A program made the position numbers and the translations under genes. The notes below the pieces were generated by a model that had not been told where the DNA came from, searched no databases, and saw only the letters and a list, made by a program, of their open reading frames with translations. Source: a bacterium (GTDB taxonomy: Bacteria > Bacteroidota > Bacteroidia > Bacteroidales > Marinilabiliaceae). From it: DNA of 64,000 bases. Location of the stretch: positions 80,017 to 144,016 of the forward strand of contig CAVKRQ010000002.1 of assembly GCA_963658925.1 (NCBI GenBank), written 5' to 3'. This document shows, piece by piece, positions 46,901 to 55,800 of this stretch (the first letter of the stretch is position 1; each line of letters begins with the position of its first letter).

Positions 46901-48390
46901 TAGGTGTACTGATAGGCAACGGCAAGCACCTCGTTGTTGTTGAGGGCCGAGTTGAGCGATATATATCCCAAATGCTCGTTCAGTGTATACTCTGAACTTG
47001 ACAGCATACGGGCGTTCTCTACTTTCTCGTAGTCGCGGCCCACTTTCATGCCGGCAATACCGCTGATGGTGGTTGTCGTGTTGCTCGGGTCGCGCGCGCC
47101 GGAATAACTGCTGGTCATGGCGGCGTAGAGGTTGTTGGCGTCGTTGCTCGGCATGGCCTCTTTCCCGCTCCATGCCGTCGGGTTCTGAATGTTGTCTCCA
47201 GTTTCACCCAAATCAGTAAAGGCCAATATATTGCGTGCGTCAGTGTAATTGCCGCTCTTATTGGTCACCCATACCTCTATTTTGTTGATGGTGATGCCGG
47301 AGTTGATTGTCGGCAGTTTGCTCAAGGCTTTGTCATACATCTCCTTGAACTCGTGAGACAGGAAGAAGTGCTTGTTCTTCTCATACTGTGTCACGTCTAT
47401 CTCAAACTCCTGGGCTGTGGCGCCATTCTGCACGGTGATTGAGTTGCTCTCACCCTTTTTCTGCGAGAATACGGATGACACGGTCAACTTGCCGAACTTC
47501 ATGTCCATCTTGAAGCCGAAGAGGCTCTGGCTGCCCTGAATCAAGGTGCCGGGCAGGCTCCAATTGATGTTGCCTGCCTGTATGTCCTGGATGATGTCGT
47601 CCTCGTCACCAGTGTACTCCATTTTCACCTCGTTCTCAAAGGCGAATGTGGCCTGTGTGTTGTAGTTGATGCCCAATTTGAGCTTCTCGCCTATCTGCGA
47701 GTTGAGGTTCAGTTGGACGCTCTGGTCGAAGTCGAAGCTTGTGGTGGCCCTCATCCTCTGCTGAAGGGTGGGGTTGTCTATCTTGTTATATTGGGCGCCT
47801 ATGCTCACCTGAGCCTGACCCTGCAGGTTCATGGTTATCTTGTTACTGCCAAAGATGCTCTCAAACAAGCCGTTGTCTATCTGCCATTTGCTGTTCAGCA
47901 GACTGTTCTTCTGAGTCTCGTCGCCTTTGGCTGTGCTTCCCGTGCGGTCTGCATTGCCAGCCTGTCTCTGTTTGCCCATCCAATAGTCCATCATGGAGCG
48001 GCGCACTGCGTCGTTCTGATAGTCCTCAAGGCTCATCGAGTATGGCATCCTGACGTTTATGCCGCCAATCTTGCGGTATATGGTCACGCTGCCCGAGGCC
48101 GGGTCGTAGGTGGCGCTGTACGCCGCGTTGTCCGGCTCGCGCAGGTCTATGGGGCTGCCTGCCCCTTGTTGCGGCGCGTGCCCGTCGGCTGGTATGTCAC
48201 CCTGGTCGGTCATCTTGTACGGCAGGACTATCGAGTCCGGCTCGGCAGTCTGCGCCCTTGCCTCGCGCTCCGCTTGCATCTCTTCCAATAATGCACGATT
48301 AATGACCGGACGCAGCAATGGACTTGCTACGCCGGCCATTCCTAAGATGCCGACTGCTATGAGTGGTAGGGCGTGTAGTTTGTTTTTCAC
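40930..48390 (-). CDS. sprA: T9SS outer-membrane translocon SprA/Sov
   Basis: 2,486-aa single ORF with beta-rich, Asn/Tyr/Thr/Gly-rich composition throughout. The size matches SprA (about 2,400 aa in Flavobacterium johnsoniae), and it sits immediately downstream of ruvA, as I recall for many Bacteroidota. GTG start gives the signal peptide MKNKLHALPLIAVGILGMAGVA. The C-terminus NINVGLSFQLQLTE is typical of a beta-barrel end. Confidence 0.88.
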   Translation of the reverse strand: MKNKLHALPLIAVGILGMAGVASPLLRPVINRALLEEMQAEREARAQTAEPDSIVLPYKMTDQGDIPADGHAPQQGAGSPIDLREPDNAAYSATYDPASGSVTIYRKIGGINVRMPYSMSLEDYQNDAVRRSMMDYWMGKQRQAGNADRTGSTAKGDETQKNSLLNSKWQIDNGLFESIFGSNKITMNLQGQAQVSIGAQYNKIDNPTLQQRMRATTSFDFDQSVQLNLNSQIGEKLKLGINYNTQATFAFENEVKMEYTGDEDDIIQDIQAGNINWSLPGTLIQGSQSLFGFKMDMKFGKLTVSSVFSQKKGESNSITVQNGATAQEFEIDVTQYEKNKHFFLSHEFKEMYDKALSKLPTINSGITINKIEVWVTNKSGNYTDARNILAFTDLGETGDNIQNPTAWSGKEAMPSNDANNLYAAMTSSYSGARDPSNTTTTISGIAGMKVGRDYEKVENARMLSSSEYTLNEHLGYISLNSALNNNEVLAVAYQYTYRGQTYTVGELSTSGVNAPQCLYLKMLKGTTLTPQYKNWDLMMKNVYSLGGYEITNDDFEVEIVYLNDSSSTYINYFNEGQRPVNGGHNGETYLQMLNLDRLNSYNQVSSDGKYDYVDGVTVNSKRGLIIFPEREPFGSYLYEKLKKEPSLAEKYAFTAIYDSTQVYAKQQTKKNKFKIKGKFQSQNSSDISLGAYNIAQGSVTVTAGGQVLAENVDYTVDYSLGRVRILNQGILNSGSAINISYENESAISTQTQTMVGTHLNYEVNKDFNIGGTLIHMKEKPLTSKVGYGEESISNTMLGFNIDYTHELPFLTRALDALPLVSTKTPSTINFEGEVAKLIAGHANSIDAAYIDDFEGSSVKYDIKAWSGWHLASRPQGSGALSPDQHTTNDLSAGFDRAKLAWYSIDPLFLRNMSNTPRHIKNDLEQKSNHYVREVYEDELYPNREAAYGESTNISMLNLAYYPDERGPYNFTTDLDVNGHLTNPEKNWGGIQRKLETTDFENANIEYIEFWMMDPFIYDQSDRKGGELYFHIGSVSEDVLPDSRKSYENGLPVPGEEFNCDSTVWGYIPKSNSLVNSFNTDAASMLAQDVGLNGMSSEKERYFYNKSDYPYMDMIRQMYVNGELSETAYNEIVNDPAGDDYHYFRGSDYDQQQVSILDRYKKFNNPEGNSRPSEYSPESYSTAATNLPDNEDLNDDYTLNENESYYQYHVSLHPTDMQVGKNYIADQLETTTKLANGKTETIKWYQFKIPIAQPDKVVGDISDMTSMQFIRLFMTGFQDTCIVRLATLELVKGEWRKYTESLVEEDGQTSAATTMSTSTVNIEENDRRTPVNYVLPPGVDRVVDPSNPQLRQLNEQAYSMKVTDLANGDARAVYKTLNMDFRNYRRLKMFIHAEALEGEPLEDNQLSAFIRIGSDYEDNYYEYEIPLTLTPQGIYSSNSDADRYAVWPEANNLDIPISVLTECKLARNEARREAGSDVTLQDVYTITDPDNNNNRVRIKGNPSTGNVVVMMMGVRAHGAGTKSAEVWFNELRLTDFNEQGGWAARGRATIRLADIGTVQASGQYSSVGFGSIDQSVTERSLDENRQFDISANLEMGKFLGPNSRLSLPVYAGYSRTTSMPKYSPYDTDVLMSTVLAQAQTKAEEDSIKEISQTTETIKSLNFTNVRIKPARGKKVTMLSPSNLSASYSISTTNKTSPETQYDYTKQINGTLGYNYSTGVKTVQPLKKTKLSSKYLGIIKDVTFYTAPSQLSYRWDVDRSYQEVQKRNVTNPDYIVPISVTKDFYWNRYFDLRYNITRNLKFGFSSVTNTRIDEPDGPVNKDLYPDEYKLWRDSVWSNIKKFGTVQNYQHNIDLSWNIPINKLPYLNFLTANATYKGVYTWERGSETEDFEWGNVISNKNTEQANVMGNFGTLYNKSKYLRDLYDHYNLSNNTRQQRKSQGKTVNYTQRNVKLTPGEPVTISHNLKTDDVSARAFDAKGHSIKGTLKAIDSNTAVFTPSMASDNSRIVITGTISEDKGEQRNVFKDMALMVLTSIKSVSLSYSENNGTTLPGYMPGSHFLGTAGVSGARAPGFKFITGIQERGFARRAAENGWLTTDTTFNDPYEMTHSDNLQLRASIELFKALKIELTAQRSKSKDLSEYYIYSANGFAGVYSTMESGTTSITYNAIRTAFKKPKKSGALTYGVYDSFLEARKRISTRLAVSRASRNGSGTGSLRDDGGQDGYGLTSQEVMIPAFVAAYSGKSTGSVFLDLVPKLSAMCPNWRVTFSGLNNIKALKEKVRNIELNHSYTSKYTVGQFTTNLEWEQSGDGLSYIRDINDNYVPEYDASTVSIAEQFSPFIGISATFVNNMTANVSINKGRTLTLNVSNNQITENYSNEWTVNLGYRFDNVKIFVGKKPNGGFNNTLNLTLGLSQRDSYTILRRIEEATNELASGNRSTGIKFAADYAMTQRFNIQFYYDQTLTNPYVSSSYPTNNINVGLSFQLQLTE

Positions 48391-48422
48391 GCGGTGGATG
48401 TGTTTCGTTGATTCGTGTGGCT

Positions 48423-49022
48423 CTAAAGCATTTTGAATGCGGCTTTTATTACACCCTCAACCTTAAGTTCCGGATTCTGTGACAATATCTTGTCAATGGC
48501 TTTCGACGCCTGAGCCTTGTTGTAGCCCATGACCTCAAGAGCCTGAAGCGCCTCCTCTTTGACGGGTGACGGCTTGGCCGACAGGCCTGGCAGTGTACCG
48601 ACTTCTTGCTGGTCTATGCCCAACTTGCCTATCTTGTCCTTCAGCTCCACGACAATCCTCTCGGCTGTCTTTAGGCCAATGCCTTTGATGCCTTTGAGGG
48701 CTGTGACGTTTTCGCCCATTATGACGCTTTGCAGCTCGCCGGCGCTCATTGACGACACCATGATGCGGGCCGTGGCTGCTCCCACGCCGCTCACTGATGT
48801 CAGCAGGCGGAACACCTCGCGCTCACTCGTCGTGGCAAACCCGAAAAGCTGGTAAGCGTCTTCGCGGATAGCCTCGTGAATGAACAACTTGGCCTCGGTC
48901 TGACCTTCCAGAGCCGTATATGTGTTCAGTGATATATTGGCCATGTAGCCCACGCCTCCGCACTCTATGACTGCGTATGTGGCGTTCAGCTCGGCTACTT
49001 TGCCCCTGATGAATTCAATCAT
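48423..49022 (-). CDS. ruvA: Holliday junction branch-migration complex subunit RuvA
   Basis: 199 aa. MIEFIRGKV...GGVGY, and HhH motifs LTSVSGVGAATA and LKGIKGIGLKTAERI. Confidence 0.95.
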   Translation of the reverse strand: MIEFIRGKVAELNATYAVIECGGVGYMANISLNTYTALEGQTEAKLFIHEAIREDAYQLFGFATTSEREVFRLLTSVSGVGAATARIMVSSMSAGELQSVIMGENVTALKGIKGIGLKTAERIVVELKDKIGKLGIDQQEVGTLPGLSAKPSPVKEEALQALEVMGYNKAQASKAIDKILSQNPELKVEGVIKAAFKML

Positions 49023-49033
49023 TGCTCGCTTCC

Positions 49034-50065
49034 TTATTTAGAGAAGAAACGCCAACCTTGAGCCTGAAGCTCGGCCTCGTCTCCACTCGTGGTCACTAAC
49101 CGGCGACCCTTGCCCTCTTCGCATATGTAGCCAATGGCGTAGATGTCAGGCCCCGGCGTGTTCTGGAATTTCTGATAGTCGCTTTGGCTGATCGTGAAGA
49201 GCAGCTCGTAGTCCTCACCTCCATTAAGGGCGGCGACGACCGGGTTGATGCTTAGTTCTCCGCCCATCTTGCGGGTCTGCTCGTGGATGGGGATTTTCTC
49301 CTCATAGAGACGGCAACCCACACCGCTCTTTGTGCAGATGTGCATCATCTCGCTGCTCAAGCCGTCGCTTACGTCCATCATTGATGTCGGCACCACGCCT
49401 ATCTCAGACAGGAATTTGACCACATCGACGCGCGGCTCGGGCTTCAACTGCCTCTCGAGAATATATTCGTAACCCGTGAACGCAGGCTGGGATGTTTTAT
49501 TGTCTTTCAAGACTCTTTTTTCTCGCTCTAATAGCTGAAGTCCCATATATGATGCGCCAAGGTTGCCACTCACGCATATTATGTCGTTTTTCTTAGCCCC
49601 ATCCCTATATGACAGTTTTCCGGGCTCTTGCTCGCCAATGGCAGTGATTGAGATGGTCAGTCCGGTGAGTGACGATGTCGTGTCGCCGCCTACCAAATCC
49701 ACGCCATATCTGTTGCAGGCGGTGCGTATCCCGTCATACAGGTCGTCTATCGCTTTCAGCGTGAATTTCCCCGATACGCCTATGGACACGGTTATCTGCT
49801 GCGGAATGGCGTTCATGGCGCACACGTCGCTAAGGTTCACGGCCACTGCCTTATATCCCAAATGCTTGAGCGGGCAATAGGTCAAGTCAAAGTGGATGCC
49901 CTCAAGCAACAGGTCGGTTGTCACTACTTTTACTTTGCCCTCGCTCGTGCTCAGCACGGCGCAGTCGTCGCCTATGCCTTTCTTTGTCGTGGGCTGGTTT
50001 ATTTTGACGCTTTTGGCAATGCGGTCAATAAGTCCGAATTCGCCAAGGCTCTCTATGCTCTCCAT
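49034..50065 (-). CDS. thiL: Thiamine-monophosphate kinase
   Basis: GEFGLIDRI, IGDDCAVL and DLVGGDT motifs. The ATG at 50065 (MESIESLGEFGLI) is preferred over the track start at 50125. Confidence 0.88.
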   Translation of the reverse strand: MESIESLGEFGLIDRIAKSVKINQPTTKKGIGDDCAVLSTSEGKVKVVTTDLLLEGIHFDLTYCPLKHLGYKAVAVNLSDVCAMNAIPQQITVSIGVSGKFTLKAIDDLYDGIRTACNRYGVDLVGGDTTSSLTGLTISITAIGEQEPGKLSYRDGAKKNDIICVSGNLGASYMGLQLLEREKRVLKDNKTSQPAFTGYEYILERQLKPEPRVDVVKFLSEIGVVPTSMMDVSDGLSSEMMHICTKSGVGCRLYEEKIPIHEQTRKMGGELSINPVVAALNGGEDYELLFTISQSDYQKFQNTPGPDIYAIGYICEEGKGRRLVTTSGDEAELQAQGWRFFSK

Positions 50066-50160
50066 TTTTTTGTCTCTCTTTTTGTGTTCCTTTTTGGAAG
50101 GTGTGCTCAAATTCGCCCCCGCCAATAGGTCTTTTTTTTACTGATGATGCGGCGCAACCT

Positions 50161-51417
50161 CTATCTTTGGCTGCTTATGATGGAGTCGAGGCTCTGTTTA
50201 AGTTTGTCACTCTCGTCCATGAAGTCTATGATAGCGTCGTTGTCTATTGGCTCTGCGGGTGGCATCTCGACGCTCAGCGGGTCGACGGGCTGCCCGTCCC
50301 TGTACATCCTGAAGTCCAAGTGGGGGCCGGTGGCCAAGCCGGTTGCGCCCACTGCGCCAATCACGTCTCCCTGTCGGACTGTCTGTCCCACTGCAATGCC
50401 CTTGGCAAAGTTGTTAAGGTGCATGTAGACAGTGGTGTAGACGCTGTTGTGACGTATCTTCAGATAGTTGCCGCCGCCTTTATTGTCATATCCCTTGGCA
50501 ATGATTTTGCCATCTCCAAGAGCCACGACAGGTGTCCCTTTCGGAGCCGCGTAGTCCACGCCATGATGCGGACGGCGTATTTTCAAGATGGGGTGAAGCC
50601 TGCCATTACTGAATCTGCTCGAGATGCGACTGAAATGGAGTGGGGCTTTCAAAAATGCGCGCCTAAGGCTGTTGCCCTTCAGGTCATAATACCCCGCCAC
50701 GCTGTCGCCCACATGACGGAACGCATAGTCGCGTTTGCCGTTGCTCCCCACATACACGGCGGCTGTTATGTTGCCTGTGCCAATCACTTTGTCGCCGACC
50801 ATCCGCTCCTCATATATAATGCCGAACTCGTCGCCTTTGCCAAGCCCGAAGAAGTCCACGGTCCATGCGAACACATCCGACAGGTCGAGGGCGACTTGAG
50901 GCTCTATGCCCTGTGCCGACAATGCGTTCCAAAGGCTGCTCTCTATCGTTGCATGAGCCATCCGTGTGAGGGTCGACACTTCCATGTCCTCTCTCGCCAC
51001 GGTGACCGAGTCGCCAAATGTGCAACGCACGTAGCTTGTCGCCGATATCTCGTAGACGAAATGGCGCACCGGCCCTACGCCCGATGTGTCTATGTCCCTG
51101 AAAAAACAGCATGTGTGCCCCGCCTTCATCTGGCGGAAGTCATACACAGGCAAGGCGCGCTCATACGCCGCGATGGCGGTGGAGTAGGGGAGGCCGGCCT
51201 CTGTCAGTATGTTGGATATCATCTGGCCATTACCGACGGCGGCTCTCTCCACGCTAAACGAGTCCGCAACAATTCCGTATAGCAAGGTCGGCTGGGCGGT
51301 GGCTGCCGTGTCGGCCATGCCAACCGACTGTGCGCCTCCTGTGCAACCGTTTGTAATCAGAGCTGCGGCTCCTGCGACAACCAAGGCTAAGGCCGCTATT
51401 ATGCTTTTATTAAACAT
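50161..51417 (-). CDS. M23 family metallopeptidase (lipoprotein-like)
   Basis: HHGVDYAAPKGTPV and GATGLATGPHLDFRMY (HxxxD / HxH-type M23 signatures). N-terminal ...LITNGC lipobox-like. Confidence 0.88.
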   Translation of the reverse strand: MFNKSIIAALALVVAGAAALITNGCTGGAQSVGMADTAATAQPTLLYGIVADSFSVERAAVGNGQMISNILTEAGLPYSTAIAAYERALPVYDFRQMKAGHTCCFFRDIDTSGVGPVRHFVYEISATSYVRCTFGDSVTVAREDMEVSTLTRMAHATIESSLWNALSAQGIEPQVALDLSDVFAWTVDFFGLGKGDEFGIIYEERMVGDKVIGTGNITAAVYVGSNGKRDYAFRHVGDSVAGYYDLKGNSLRRAFLKAPLHFSRISSRFSNGRLHPILKIRRPHHGVDYAAPKGTPVVALGDGKIIAKGYDNKGGGNYLKIRHNSVYTTVYMHLNNFAKGIAVGQTVRQGDVIGAVGATGLATGPHLDFRMYRDGQPVDPLSVEMPPAEPIDNDAIIDFMDESDKLKQSLDSIISSQR

Positions 51418-51452
51418 ATTTGCAAAGTTAAGTCTTTTCTACCATTTGTTTA

Positions 51453-51460
51453 TATCTTTG
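51453..51460 (+). promoter_or_regulatory. Candidate -7 box (TATCTTTG) upstream of dprA
   Basis: Matches TAnnTTTG, 26 nt upstream of the ATG at 51486. Confidence 0.3.
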
Positions 51461-51485
51461 CCCACCCAACGACTCTTTCGCTCCA

Positions 51486-52604
51486 ATGTCCGACGATTTT
51501 CTCTTTACCCTCGCCCTTGGTAATATTTCTGGCGTGGGCACGCAAACTCTCCGCCAACTGATTGAGTTTTTCGGCTCCGCATCCAATGTGTTTGCCGCGG
51601 CTCCCTCCGATTTCCCGAAGTCGCACAGCGCTATCCGCAATTCTATTGACAAGGGGCGTGAGACTGCTCTCGCTTTCGCCCATGCGCAAGTCGAGAAGGC
51701 CAATCGTTTTTGCGTCCAAATGCTGGCATACACTGATGCTGACTATCCGTCGCGTCTCCGCGAATGCCCCGACGCGCCCCCGACACTGTTTTTCAAGGGG
51801 AATGTGAATTTTGAGACAGCCAAGGTCCTTTCTGTCGTTGGCACTCGCAAGCCTTCTGATGAGGGCCGTTTGCTTTGCGACCGTATTATCTCAGACCTAT
51901 GTGCCCGTCACCCCGACCTTGTCATTGTCTCCGGCTTGGCTTTTGGCGTGGACATCACTGCGCATCGTGCAGCCATCCGCGCTGGCCGTCCAACAATTGG
52001 TGTTGTGGCCCATGGACTGGATACTCTTTATCCTGCTCAGCACCGCGACTCAGCCACCCAGATGATCAAGAACGGCGCGCTTCTTACTGAGTTCCCCTTT
52101 GGCACAGGTCCCGAGGCCTATAATTTCGTGGCGCGTAACCGCATTATTGCCGGTCTGGCCGATGCCACTCTTGTCGTTGAGACCGGAGAAAAGGGGGGCA
52201 GCCTTATAACAACTCGAAATGCCTTTGACTATGACCGCCAAGTCCTTGCCGTCCCTGGTTTCCCTGGCCGTGAGCAGAGCAAAGGCTGCAATGCTCTGAT
52301 AAAGAGGAATATGGCTGCACTTGTCGAGTCTGCTGATGATATTGACAACTGTCTCAGTTGGGATCTCCCAGCCGCACTCCGCAAAGCGACGTCCCAGCCT
52401 ACGCCAAGTCTTTTCTCTGAACCTCAGACCCCTGAGGAGCAAGCCATTGTCGCGGCTCTCAAGCAAGAGGACGGCCTGACTGCAAGTGTCCTCGGGCAAC
52501 GGACGCACATTCCCATTGCCAAACTTAATGTCACTCTTTTGAATATGGAGTTTGCAGGCCTTGTCAAGGCCCTCCCTGGCAATTCTTATAGACTGATTAT
52601 CTGA
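51486..52604 (+). CDS. dprA: DNA-processing protein DprA
   Basis: 372 aa. VVGTRKPS, SGLAFGVDITAHRAA and a C-terminal winged-helix-like tail. Confidence 0.9.
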   Translation: MSDDFLFTLALGNISGVGTQTLRQLIEFFGSASNVFAAAPSDFPKSHSAIRNSIDKGRETALAFAHAQVEKANRFCVQMLAYTDADYPSRLRECPDAPPTLFFKGNVNFETAKVLSVVGTRKPSDEGRLLCDRIISDLCARHPDLVIVSGLAFGVDITAHRAAIRAGRPTIGVVAHGLDTLYPAQHRDSATQMIKNGALLTEFPFGTGPEAYNFVARNRIIAGLADATLVVETGEKGGSLITTRNAFDYDRQVLAVPGFPGREQSKGCNALIKRNMAALVESADDIDNCLSWDLPAALRKATSQPTPSLFSEPQTPEEQAIVAALKQEDGLTASVLGQRTHIPIAKLNVTLLNMEFAGLVKALPGNSYRLII

Positions 52605-52869
52605 TTAATAATAATTTCTTCCGATTTTCACGCTACCGAAATCACGTCTAATCTCCGTCACCCCTTTTCACTCTTTTGACATCTTTATTCGTGTTTATCT
52701 CCACTCTTGTGTGTGATATGTCGTGCAAAATGAGTAATTTTACTGCCTAAAGACCATACTATAGCGTATGGCAGACGGTCAGTCGCATCTCAAAACCCTT
52801 TCCTTCTGACCTCTCAACACTCCTTTCATGCTTGAACATATAGCTCATAACTTCTTGAAAGCTAATTAT

Positions 52870-55800
52870 ATGAAGCTCTCTTTGAGGATACTCCGGAGCC
52901 GCCTCCTTTCAGCTGCTCTGACTCTTGCCGCATTCTCTAATGTCGCTGTGGCTTGGCCTGTATCGGTCAACCCGGATGTGTCAAGTGTAGACTACGTATC
53001 TCCTTTCGACTCTCCTTCGTTCTCTTTTGCGCAAGGCTCCAATGATTGCACTGGCGTCTATTTCTATGAGCAAGGTGATGAGGCCAGTCAGTATTACCTT
53101 TATATTAAGGTGTACAACAATGGTGTCGAGTGTACAAGTACTGCGACAAGTAAAGTTATTGTCAACAACATAACGTGCAATGCTCAGTATCAAACTGCGG
53201 GTACTTATGCTGGCTATTATAGGTTGTCCGAGTTCTCCACAAGGGAAAAGCAGAAAATTCAGAGCGCTATCGCTAATGGTCAGTCCCTCACATTCAGCAA
53301 TTTAAATAATATCCAAGGCGGCCCTACTGGGAATTTTACCGCAACTCTTGGCGTTGACCCATGTCAGGAGTGCCCGGACCCCACGACATTCGCCGCAAAG
53401 AAGCTCAGCATAACAGCCAATGGCACCTATGGTTGTGCCAATGACCAGACGACTTACCTCGAGACGACCGGCTCTTACGAGGGCGTGACTTTCACTGTCT
53501 ATACAGAGTCCACCTCTGGCTCTGGCAGCTTCGATAAGAAATATCAGTTCAAGTCGGCCTCTACTTCTGCATCTGGCACCACTCTCGCCACTTCCGACTA
53601 TTCGGTTGTCGCCGTAAATAATGAGGCTCTCCGTTTCTTCATCCCCGATGCCGGCAAATACCGCATCAAGGCAACTTGCGGAAGCCTTGATTATGGCTTC
53701 CTCGACGGAACTTTTGAGGTCCGTGGTTATAGTGACAAAACACAAATCGGCAACCTCTCTTACTGCACTTCTGACCTTGATGGTGTAGTTCTCAAAATTC
53801 AAAACTCTGAGTTCGACGTCAAGTACACACTCTACCGCAACAACCGAATTTACTCAAACGGCAAGTATTCTGTAACAGGTAAGGCTGATAACGGTACTGA
53901 CGAGATTGATATTTCAACCCTCAAAGAGTCTGGTACTTACACTGTCGTTGCTCAAAGAAGTGGCTGCAACTCGACAAAGACTGTCAGTGGACAGCTTATC
54001 ATCACTGCGGGCGGAACTCGCCAGCTTGTCGCCACTAAGTCTGGCACTACGACAGCGGCGGGTCAGCAGTGCGCTACTAACAGCTACTCCATAGGCATAA
54101 ATAAATATGTAGCTGGAGTCACATATACCCTCGTCTACACTAACGACGCTGGAAACAAGACTGACGTTGAGAGTTTCACTCCGACCAATGACGGCACCAA
54201 CTATCAGTTTACGACCAAGGTCTCTGCCAAAGGCACCTACACCATCTCGACCAACATCAGTTGCGAGACGGTGGAGGGCGAACTCGTTATTACGGATGGC
54301 AAGACTGCCGACGTAACTCTGGTCAAGGAGAATGATGGTTGCGACTACACGTTCTCAATCAAGGGTCTCACCAGCACCGACTATATGTACTATATATATG
54401 TCGAGGGCGAGACGACTTCAGCGGGAAAGCAGATTAACCGTGCTGCGCAAGCCGGCAATGGCGGCGACCTTGATAATGTCTATAAATATCACACCACTGA
54501 CAACACTGTCACTTTCAAGGCCTATGCCCTCCCAAAGGATGCTACAGACGAGAGCTGCCGCATTGAGGTTAATGGAGCTATTGTAGTTCCCGGTGTACCC
54601 AAGGCTCCAACTCCCACCAAGTCCGATTATTACTTCTGCGGTGCCGATGGCGCTGATGTCGACATAACGGTCGATGAGTCTGTCACTGGCAATGCTTACC
54701 TCTATACTACTGCTGGCAAGGAGGTTCAGATGCAGAACGTCAAGATTGACAAGACAACGTTCCGCTTCAAGAATATCCCGGCTGGCTCTTACTATGCTGT
54801 CATTAAGAATGAGGCGGAATGCGAATCTGAGCATTCTTCTTCAATCAAGGTGACTGGACGTGAGTATAATCCAACTCTCAGCCCGGCTATTCCCAAGGTC
54901 TTCTGTATGTCTTCTGATGGCAAGACGCCTTACAAGGTCTCCATCGTCTATGCAGACGGCCCCAAGAATAATGCTACTGCCTATAAGTTCAAGGTTCACA
55001 TTGTCCCCGAGGTCGGTAAGTCTTATACGGTCTCAAGCACCGATGCTACTGTTTCTCAGACTAATTCATATACCTACCAGTTCACTTTTGTCGCTGATGA
55101 CTATGAGTTGACTCAGGGAACAGTTGATATCTACATTGAGACTGAGCCCGGCCAGACCGATCTCATTTGTGAGAGCGAGCACTATCAGTTCAGCATACAG
55201 CCCCAACCCGACAAACCAGTTGTCTCTGTTACTTACAGTCAGGCTTCCACTGTCGCTTGTGAGGGTGATGAGGCTTACCTCTCTGCTTCTTCCGCATCTT
55301 CCAGTGCCGATGGCGACACCTGGTTCTATGTATATGCAGACAAGGAGCCAGATGCAACCGCATCTCCTCTCGCCATCTTGAAGTCAAAGAATGACGTCTA
55401 CAACTTTACAGTAAAAATCCCCGATGGTGCGCCCACAGGTACAGGCTATTATGACGGGGACGGAAATTACCACCGTTTCTACTATGTTGTAGCTCGTGAT
55501 GCTCAACAGCAGGGTTGTGAGTCTGACCCAACGACCTACGAGATGGTCATCCGTCCTAACAACACGGCTCTCAACATTGAGCAAAATGATCCACGTTGGT
55601 CAATCTGCGAGGATACTGACCCTGTAACTCTCTCAAGCTACTTCTACCCTGGTGATGGCACTTTCTATATTGTTGGCACTGACCAAGATAAACTTCTCCC
55701 CATCAAGAAGAAGATAAATGGTTCTACCGTCTTCGATCCGCGCATCTTCACCCCTGACGGAATTGATTATGATGCAGGTGGCTACACTGCCGATGATATT

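Noticed and set aside
52828-52869. In-frame ATG 14 codons upstream of the giant ORF start (MLEHIAHNFLKANY-).
   Set aside because: The signal-peptide n-region begins at MKLSLRILRSR (52870). The extra 14 residues would bury it. This is not excluded experimentally.
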